IMG/VR virus record: IMGVR_UViG_3300036790_000345
Reading direction: 5' to 3' (one strand)
Source of the DNA: an uncultured virus (IMG/VR IMGVR_UViG_3300036790_000345)
Lineage: Duplodnaviria; Heunggongvirae; Uroviricota; Caudoviricetes
Length of the DNA stretch: 20,000 nt
In this document: positions 1-6,078 of the stretch, one piece after another
Numbering within the stretch: the first letter of the stretch is position 1
Layout of the letters: the number at the start of each line of letters is the position of its first letter
Translations under genes and position numbers: made by a program
Notes under the pieces: generated by a model
Database searches by the model: none
What the model was told of the DNA's origin: nothing
The model's input: the letters and a program-made list of their open reading frames with translations, nothing else

Positions 1-149
1 ATCCCGGCGGCCAGCACCGCCTGGACGACGGTTGCCGGTGCGGCTTTTGCGGTGGCTGGGAGGATGCGGGCGAAGGGTACTGGAGCGACGCCATGACCCG
101 TCAGCTTGAGATCGACGCGGGCATCACCAGGGAGGACGGCGATGGCTGA
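1..149 (+). CDS. 3' end of a hypothetical phage protein (partial)
   Basis: Frame 3 is open from the window edge (...DDGCRCGFCGGWEDAGEGYWSDAMTRQLEIDAGITREDGDG*). Its TGA at 147-149 overlaps the next ATG at 142. Confidence 0.5.
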   Translation, partial: PGGQHRLDDGCRCGFCGGWEDAGEGYWSDAMTRQLEIDAGITREDGDG

Positions 150-459
150 CACCGTCGCCGGGTTCGCCTCGTTCGCCCTGGACCGCCTCGGCGAGCACTT
201 CCCCGGCCACGCCGCCGACCCGGCCCAGCATCTCCTCAAGCTCGGCGAGGAGTACGGGGAGCTGACCGGGGCGTGCATGCGCTACCTCGGCCGCTCCCGC
301 CGCGCCGGGACGCTGGAGGAGGTAGCCGCCGAGGCCGCGGACGTGCTCATCACCCTGCACATCCTCGCCGCGTCCCTGGGCATCGACCTGGACGCCGCGT
401 GGAGGGCCAAGGCGGCCGTGATCGCGGGCAGGCCGTGGCGGGAGGCCGGCGGTGAATGA
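142..459 (+). CDS. MazG-like nucleotide pyrophosphohydrolase
   Basis: Contains KLGEEYGEL...EEVAAEAADVLITL, the EExxE...ExxD all-alpha NTP-PPase motif, followed by LGIDLDAAWRAK. GGAGG RBS precedes ATG 142. Confidence 0.85.
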   Translation: MADTVAGFASFALDRLGEHFPGHAADPAQHLLKLGEEYGELTGACMRYLGRSRRAGTLEEVAAEAADVLITLHILAASLGIDLDAAWRAKAAVIAGRPWREAGGE

Positions 460-604
460 TCACCCGTGTGTCGGACCGCACTTCCGCACCATCCGGGGCC
501 GGATGATCTGCCAGTGCGGGTGTGAACGCTGCTCCGCCGACAAGCGGTACTGCACCTGCACGGGTTGCCAGTGCCGGAAGGACGAGGACCACGACGATGC
601 CTGA
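452..604 (+). CDS. Small Cys-rich protein (50 aa, not in ORF track)
   Basis: GTG 452 follows GGAGG (441-445) and overlaps the MazG stop. Sequence (M)NDHPCVGPHFRTIRGRMICQCGCERCSADKRYCTCTGCQCRKDEDHDDA has 9 Cys. Confidence 0.6.
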   Translation: MNDHPCVGPHFRTIRGRMICQCGCERCSADKRYCTCTGCQCRKDEDHDDA

Positions 605-630
605 CTACCCGGCACCGGATGGAGGCTGTG

Positions 631-1137
631 ATGGCTGAGCCTTGGCCGAAGACAATCCCCGACCCGGCAGACCCTTCCGGGCTGGCCAGCCTGCCGATGC
701 CGGACGAGATGGCTCGCGCAGACCAGTACGTCCCGTCCCGGGCCGAGCTCGACAATGAGGCCTACCTGGTGTCCCGCGGCGTCCGCCCGCTGGCCCTGGC
801 CGGCCACTACCCGGCCGTCCCGCTGGTCATGTGCCGGGTGAAAACCCTGCTGCACCGGGCCCGGCAGTCCGAGCTGGTGATCCCGTTCATTTTCGCCGAG
901 GGCGGCGACCCTGGCTCCGCAGCGTTCGGCTACGCCTCGCACCGCTGGTGCATAGACCTGCTGGAGTGGGCCCTTGACGGCGGCGTGCCGCCGGACCGCA
1001 AGCACGAGATCCTCGGCCTGCTGCTCGGCTACTCGCCGTCATCGATAGCACGGCACCAGGAACGCGGCGAGCTGTGGGCGTACCGGGACGAGGACGAGCG
1101 CGATAAAAATTCCAAGATCAGGTTCCCGGCAAGATGA
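631..1137 (+). CDS. Hypothetical protein with HEILGLLLGYS motif
   Basis: Part of ORF 565..1137; ATG 631 follows a GGAGG RBS. Its stop overlaps the effector ATG (ATGA 1134-1137). Confidence 0.65.
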   Translation: MAEPWPKTIPDPADPSGLASLPMPDEMARADQYVPSRAELDNEAYLVSRGVRPLALAGHYPAVPLVMCRVKTLLHRARQSELVIPFIFAEGGDPGSAAFGYASHRWCIDLLEWALDGGVPPDRKHEILGLLLGYSPSSIARHQERGELWAYRDEDERDKNSKIRFPAR

Positions 1138-2804
1138 AGGAGGCTGGAGTCATGAGCGAACACGCTGAACGCGACGTGCCTCTCATGCGAGCCTTCGCGT
1201 ACGGCTGCCCGGCACGCGCTGACCTGGACGACGCCGGCATCCGCCAGCTCCGGCTGGCGAACCAGCTGTGGAACGCGCTGGTGGAGGCCGAGCACGCGCA
1301 CGAGGACGCGAAGGCCGCGATCTGGGGGCGTGACCCGCGGGTCGCCGCCGCGCAGGAAACGCTCGCCGCCGCGCAGCAGGCCGCGGATGAGATCCGGGAA
1401 CGGATACGCGCCAGCCGGCAGGCTGACCGGACCACGGTGCCCCGTGACGGCGACAAGTCCGCCCTCGCGGCTGCGTCCTCGGCGCGCAGGGAGGCGAAGA
1501 CGGCGCTGGACGCCGCGCGGCAGGCTGCGCTGCCCGGCCTGCGGGAGGCGTTCGGCGAGGCGAAAAAGGCCCGCGCCGCCGCGCACAAGGCCCTGTACAA
1601 GACGTTCGTGCAGGAGAAAGGGCTCGGCTGGGGCACCCACAATGACATCGTGCGCCGCCGGTTTCCTGCTGCGGTGGCGAAGGTGGAGGAACGCCGCAAG
1701 TCGGGCCTGCCCGCGCAACTGCGGTACAGGCGGTTCGATGGCACGGGGACGCTGACGGTGCAGGTTCAGCGGCAGGCCGGGCACCCGCCGCGCACCGTCC
1801 CGGCGCTGAACAGCGGCCGGCACCCGCAGTCCGGTGTCCTGGCCCTGACCCCGTGGCAGGACATGGCAGGCCGGCCGAAGGGCGCTGCGCGGCACGGCAC
1901 GCTCACGGCCAGGATCGGCCGCGGGCGCGGCTTTGACCCGTTGCGGCTGGAGATCCCCGTGGTGCTGGACCGGTACCTGCCGGCGGGCGCGGACGTGTGC
2001 GAGGTGAAGATCAGCCGCCGGGTCACCGGCACCCACGCCCGGCTGTCAGTGTCGGTCGTCTGCCAGGTTCGCGAGCCCGCGCCGCGCGGCGGCCACGCTG
2101 ACGTCGCTGTGCGTCTCGGCTGGAAGTCGGCCGGGGACGGGTGGACCGAGGTAGCGCACATCGGCAGCAGCGACCCGCTCCCGGCACCTCCTGCTGCCAT
2201 TGCCGCGATCACTCGCGTCAGCGGGGACGGCCTGTCAGCGGACGTGCTGTACCCGGCCGAGTGGCGGAAGCTGCTCGAGCGGGACGCGGCCATACGGTCG
2301 GTGCGTGACCAGGATCTGGAGCCGGTGCGGGACAAGGTGACTGTGGCGCTGCGGCAGGACGCCGTGCTTGCGGAGTCCCTGGGCGTGACCGCGGGTGAGG
2401 TGTCGCGGTGGCGGGCACCGCGCAGGTTCGCGGTTCTGGCCCGGTCGTGGCCGGCCGGGCACGAGCTGGCGCCCGTGCTGGAGGAGTGGCGGCGGCGGGA
2501 CAGGCACCTGTACGACTATGAGGCACACGAGCGCGCCCAGGTGACCGCCCGGCGGCGGGACGCGTGGCGGTGCGTGGCGGCGTGGCTGTGCACCGCTGCC
2601 GCCGGGGTCGCGGTTGACGGCCTGGACGTGGCCGCGCTGAAACGCGAGCCGGATGTCAGCCGCGAGGATCCAGAGCAGGCCCGGCGCGGCCGTGCGCAGA
2701 TGCACGCCGCGGCTCCCGGCGAGCTGCGCGCCGCTGTCCTCGCGGCGGCGAAGGCCAGGAAGATACCGGTTACCGTGATACGCAGGAGAAAGGACGAGAC
2801 GTGA
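1134..2804 (+). CDS. cas12m: Cas12m-like type V-M (V-U1) CRISPR effector, predicted nuclease-dead, C-terminally truncated
   Basis: 556 aa. Motifs QLRLANQLWNALV, a long Ala-rich coiled coil, LRYRRFDGTGTLTVQVQRQAGHPPRT, RYLPAGADV, VAVRLGWKS (RuvC-I), WRAPRRFA, VAVDGLDV (RuvC-II) and AAPGELRAAV run colinear with my recollection of Mycolicibacterium mucogenicum Cas12m (e.g. LRHHRFDGSGTIAVQLQRQAGAPPRT, VALHLGWRS, AAPGGLRASV). A CRISPR array is nearby. Alternative start is ATG 1152 with a GGAG RBS. Confidence 0.85.
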   Translation: MKEAGVMSEHAERDVPLMRAFAYGCPARADLDDAGIRQLRLANQLWNALVEAEHAHEDAKAAIWGRDPRVAAAQETLAAAQQAADEIRERIRASRQADRTTVPRDGDKSALAAASSARREAKTALDAARQAALPGLREAFGEAKKARAAAHKALYKTFVQEKGLGWGTHNDIVRRRFPAAVAKVEERRKSGLPAQLRYRRFDGTGTLTVQVQRQAGHPPRTVPALNSGRHPQSGVLALTPWQDMAGRPKGAARHGTLTARIGRGRGFDPLRLEIPVVLDRYLPAGADVCEVKISRRVTGTHARLSVSVVCQVREPAPRGGHADVAVRLGWKSAGDGWTEVAHIGSSDPLPAPPAAIAAITRVSGDGLSADVLYPAEWRKLLERDAAIRSVRDQDLEPVRDKVTVALRQDAVLAESLGVTAGEVSRWRAPRRFAVLARSWPAGHELAPVLEEWRRRDRHLYDYEAHERAQVTARRRDAWRCVAAWLCTAAAGVAVDGLDVAALKREPDVSREDPEQARRGRAQMHAAAPGELRAAVLAAAKARKIPVTVIRRRKDET

Positions 2805-3334
2805 TGACAGGCCAGATACCGTCCGGGTCGATCGGGCAGCAGCTCCGCGAGGCGCTGAAGGCGGGCGCGACGCCGGAGGATGCGGTCCGCAAGGTGCTCG
2901 GCCCGTTCGGCGCGGTTCTCGCGGAGGCAGGCAATGATCACCTGGTCGGGTATGCGCGGCCGGCGGTGCTGTCGGAGGCGCGGCGGCTGGGCCGTCAGCT
3001 GATCCGCCGGGCGGAGGACCGGTCGTTCGGCGCGGCGCCGGCGTCGCGGGACCGGATGCGGCTGGGGCAGATCGAGTTTCACCTGCCGGATGGCCAGGTG
3101 GTGTCGTGGGCGGATGCGACAGCGGAGCAGCACGGGGCGCGTATCGCGTGGCTGCGGACGTATATCTCCAGCGTGGAGGAGGACCTGGCCCGTCATGAGC
3201 GGGCGGCGAAGCTGCTGGCTGAGCATGGCGCGGCGAAGCTGTCCGACATCCCCGGGTGGGAGGATCTGATCGGCGACGACGCGGACAGCGAAGACGCGGA
3301 TGACGGGGATGCGAGCGCTGAGGCGGTAGCCTGA
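2801..3334 (+). CDS. Hypothetical 177-aa protein between effector and array, acidic C-terminal tail
   Basis: GTGA overlap with the cas12m stop and an upstream AGGAG/AAGGA RBS. Mostly helical-looking sequence with FHLPDGQVVSWADATAEQHGARI and tail DDADSEDADDGD. Confidence 0.8.
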   Translation: MMTGQIPSGSIGQQLREALKAGATPEDAVRKVLGPFGAVLAEAGNDHLVGYARPAVLSEARRLGRQLIRRAEDRSFGAAPASRDRMRLGQIEFHLPDGQVVSWADATAEQHGARIAWLRTYISSVEEDLARHERAAKLLAEHGAAKLSDIPGWEDLIGDDADSEDADDGDASAEAVA

Positions 3335-3478
3335 AAGCCGGGGAGCGCTCGCACGCAGGTCAGGGCGGGTATTGCGCATCTTGACAACTGAACGTATGAG
3401 CGAAAAGGTGTTCGCGGAACGGTCCGCTCGCAGTGGTCCCGCATACCCGCAGGCCAGGTGCCCCGTATTCTGCGAGCC
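3335..3478 (+). promoter_or_regulatory. CRISPR leader region with candidate promoter elements
   Basis: Non-coding and less GC-rich. Contains TTGACA at 3381-3386 and TTGCGC(3372)-N17-TATGAG(3395); neither gives a perfect -35/-10 pair. It lies at the end of the array where repeats are invariant. Confidence 0.5.
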
Positions 3479-4395
3479 GTCGCTATGCCGGCGCAGAGGC
3501 TTCGTATCTGCGAGCGTTGAGGTATTCAGATCGGGCCGATCTGGCGTCCCGGTCGCTATGCCGGCGCAGAGGCTTCGTATCTGCGAGAGGCCCTCCAGCG
3601 TGGAGGCCAGCTCGTCGTCGATGAGTCGCTATGCCGGCGCAGAGGCTTCGTATCTGCGAGAGGCCCTCCAGCGTGGAGGCCAGCTCGTCGTCGATGAGTC
3701 GCTATGCCGGCGCAGAGGCTTCGTATCTGCGAGCGGATCTACGACGTGCTACCGGACGACGAGAAGATCATGTCGCTATGCCGGCGCAGAGGCTTCGTAT
3801 CTGCGAGGATATCAGCTGCTGGCAGTGCGGCCCGGTGTGCGCGGGGTCGCTATGCCGGCGCAGAGGCTTCGTATCTGCGAGGCATCGGTTAGTGCCGTGG
3901 CGGCCGGTCGCCAGCACGTCGCTATGCCGGCGCAGAGGCTTCGTATCTGCGAGTAGTCCACCTTCACGGCTCGCTGGTCGACGTACATGAGGTCGCTATG
4001 CCGGCGCAGAGGCTTCGTATCTGCGAGGGGGGCAAGGCCCATACGCCTGCCTCGACTCGGACGACGTCGCTATGCCGGCGCAGAGGCTTCGTATCTGCGA
4101 GACATCCACTCCGTGAGGTCGGCGCTCGCTAGCTCGCGTCGCTATGCCGGCGCAGAGGCTTCGTATCTGCGAGATGTCGGAGACCGGGGTGACGCGCAAC
4201 TCCGGCTTCGTCGTAATGCCAGCGCAGAGGCTTCGTATCTGCGAGCTGTTGATGTGGCCCACCGCGTCGGCGATCTTGTCGATGTCGTCGCTATGCCAGC
4301 GCAGAGGCTTCGTATCTGCGAGGTACAGTGTGGTGCAGGGGGCGTCTCCGACTCGCAGAGTCGTAATGCCAGCGCAGAGGCTTCGTATCTGCGAG
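3479..4395 (+). CRISPR. CRISPR array: 13 repeats of 36 bp (GTCGCTATGCCGGCGCAGAGGCTTCGTATCTGCGAG) and 12 spacers of 36-41 bp (11 unique)
   Basis: Repeats start at 3479, 3552, 3625, 3698, 3772, 3846, 3918, 3992, 4066, 4138, 4210, 4287 and 4360. The first 10 are identical; the last three carry variants (GTCGTAATGCCAG..., GTCGCTATGCCAG...). A CGCAGA/TCTGCG hairpin ends 2 nt before each spacer. Orientation is inferred from distal degeneration and hairpin position. Confidence 0.98.
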
Positions 4396-4429
4396 AAGCC
4401 AGCTATCCGCGCGATCCATCAAGATCATC

Positions 4430-4759
4430 TTGTCGCAGGTGGACGACGAGGCACTGGCCGCCTTCGGCCGCAGCCTCACTGCCCAGATGGAAGGCGTCCA
4501 GGAATGGATGCGGCAGGCCTTCCATCTGCTCGCCCGCGCGGTCGCCCGGGCCGCAGACGACACGGGCAAGATGCTCGCCGCGGCGTTCAGCTACACCTGG
4601 GACGACCGGCTGCACTATCACGCCCCGGACGCACCCCGCCGGGTGCTTCGCCGCTGCCGGGCCTGTCACCCGGAGGGCAACCCGCTCCCGCTGGCCGTTG
4701 ACGGCAGGGGGTACCGGCGGCGGCAGTCAGCTCGCAGGCGGCGCGGCAGAGGCCAGTGA
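4430..4759 (+). CDS. Hypothetical phage-like protein, possibly a 5'-truncated remnant
   Basis: Coding-like codon usage with a CRACHPEGNP motif and a basic tail. Only a TTG start without an RBS; the frame is open back into the last repeat. Confidence 0.45.
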   Translation: MSQVDDEALAAFGRSLTAQMEGVQEWMRQAFHLLARAVARAADDTGKMLAAAFSYTWDDRLHYHAPDAPRRVLRRCRACHPEGNPLPLAVDGRGYRRRQSARRRRGRGQ

Positions 4760-5701
4760 TGCGGCCAGAGCGTAAACGGGGGAGTGGTCAAGCCGGGAGC
4801 GCATCCGGTCGTAGCGCTCGGTAGTCCGCGGGTCGACGTGGCCGGCTAGCGCCTGCACGTCCCGCAGTGAGCAACCGCGCTCGAGCGCCTCGGTCAGCGC
4901 CGAGTGCCGCAGCGAGTGGGGATGCAGCGCATTCGCCTGCGGCAGTTTCGCCCGCACTGCGATGCGGCGGATCAGCCGGTACAGGCCCGGCTCGTCAAGA
5001 CGCCCGCGGCCGCCATCGCGCGGCGAGGTCGCGAAGAGCGGGCCGTCAATGCGCCCGTCCAGGTAGGCGTCCAGCACGACGCCGACCCACGGCGCGACCG
5101 GCAGGTGCTGGCGCCTGCCGCCCTTCCGGGTGACCGTGAGCACCCGGTGGCCCCCCGTGTGGCCTAGGTCGTTCACATCTGCCGCGAGTACCTCGGTGGT
5201 CCGCGCCCCCGTGGTCAGCATCACGGCGGCGAGGGCGTGCGCCCGGCGCGAGTGCGCCTGGGCCGCCTCGAGGAACGCGACCATCTCCTTGCGGTTCAGC
5301 CACGAGATCGTGTCCTCGTCCTGCTGGCGCTTCGGCCGCTTCATCTCCTTGATCGGGTTGGCTTCCATGTCGCCGGTCTCTGCGGCGTAGCTGAAGAACG
5401 ACGACGACGACGACAGCCGCCGCGCGATGGTCGCCTCGGAGACCGCCCGCGAGCCGTCTTCGCGAACTGTGCGGCGCATCGACTCGGCCCACGCCGCTAC
5501 CTGCCGCCGCGTCGCCGCGAGGACGCTGGTGCCGTGCTCGCCGAGGAATGCCGCGAGAAGCCTGATGTCCTTCGCGTACGCGGTGCGCGTGTTGGCGCCC
5601 GGGTGCTCGAGCAGCCATCCGGTGATGGCGCTCAGGGAGTCGCTGTCTGCGGCGATGACGGCGAGCGCGTCAGGCTCGGCCGCGGCGGGCAAGATCGTCA
5701 T
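4727..5701 (-). CDS. XerC/XerD-like tyrosine recombinase
   Basis: N-terminal SAM-like segment (NTRTAYAKDI...SEATIARRLSS...NP) and a full catalytic set: TGAR, RKGG, HSLRH, AGH and TTERY. No arm-binding N-terminal domain is evident. Confidence 0.92.
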   Translation of the reverse strand: MTILPAAAEPDALAVIAADSDSLSAITGWLLEHPGANTRTAYAKDIRLLAAFLGEHGTSVLAATRRQVAAWAESMRRTVREDGSRAVSEATIARRLSSSSSFFSYAAETGDMEANPIKEMKRPKRQQDEDTISWLNRKEMVAFLEAAQAHSRRAHALAAVMLTTGARTTEVLAADVNDLGHTGGHRVLTVTRKGGRRQHLPVAPWVGVVLDAYLDGRIDGPLFATSPRDGGRGRLDEPGLYRLIRRIAVRAKLPQANALHPHSLRHSALTEALERGCSLRDVQALAGHVDPRTTERYDRMRSRLDHSPVYALAASLASAAPPAS

Positions 5702-5703
5702 GG

Positions 5704-5732
5704 ATGACAGAGTAACAGGAATTATCCTGCAT
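5704..5732. promoter_or_regulatory. dif/XRS-like tyrosine recombinase site
   Basis: ATGACAGAGTAA-CAGGAA-TTATCCTGCAT: imperfect 11-12-bp inverted arms with TAA/TTA inner ends around a 6-bp core, 2 nt upstream of the recombinase ATG. Confidence 0.65.
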
Positions 5733-5807
5733 ACTCCGGAGCGCTGTAGCGCGTCTCTAACCAGCCGCTAGCACTGTTCGCTGCGCAGTCCCGATAGCCT
5801 TTGATCC

Positions 5808-6038
5808 ATGCGGCAGGCCGATCTCGCGGTGATCGCGCAGACCCGTGACGATCTCGCGTCGGGCCGGGCACGGGCGGCGAGGAATGAGGCCAGGATCACC
5901 CAGGCCGAGTTCGCTTCGGTGCTCGGCGTGCACCGGTCCGCGGTCAGCCACTGGGAGTCCGGCCGGTCCGTTCCCTCCGCGCCTCACGCCCTGGCCTACG
6001 GCAGGCTGCTGCGTCAGCTCGGGAAGAAGGCGGCATGA
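5808..6038 (+). CDS. XRE-family helix-turn-helix regulator
   Basis: RAARNEARITQAEFASVLGVHRSAVSHWESGRSVP is a canonical Cro/C1 HTH. Divergent from the tyrosine recombinase. Confidence 0.88.
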   Translation: MRQADLAVIAQTRDDLASGRARAARNEARITQAEFASVLGVHRSAVSHWESGRSVPSAPHALAYGRLLRQLGKKAA

Positions 6039-6078
6039 TGGCCCTCGTCTGCCCGGCAGGCCGCTGCCCGTGCCTCAG

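Noticed and set aside
1134..2804. Calling the effector an ordinary transposon TnpB or a Cas12k/CAST component
   Set aside because: No IS ends or Tn7-like tnsB/tnsC/tniQ genes were seen, and the motifs and long coiled-coil insertion match Cas12m.
3527..3543. Palindrome CAGATCGG-G-CCGATCTG in spacer 1 as a captured operator
   Set aside because: The antisense strand also reads as plausible coding sequence (DARSARSEYLN), and no second copy was seen in the window.
4352..4359. Spacer 12 ends in CTCGCAGA, complementary to the repeat 3' end
   Set aside because: Only 8 bp and within a normal-length spacer; not enough to call an anti-repeat or tracrRNA.
3372..4775. ORFs across the array with repeated peptides (MPAQRLRICE, SLCRRRGFVSA)
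   Set aside because: These are translations of the CRISPR repeats, not proteins.
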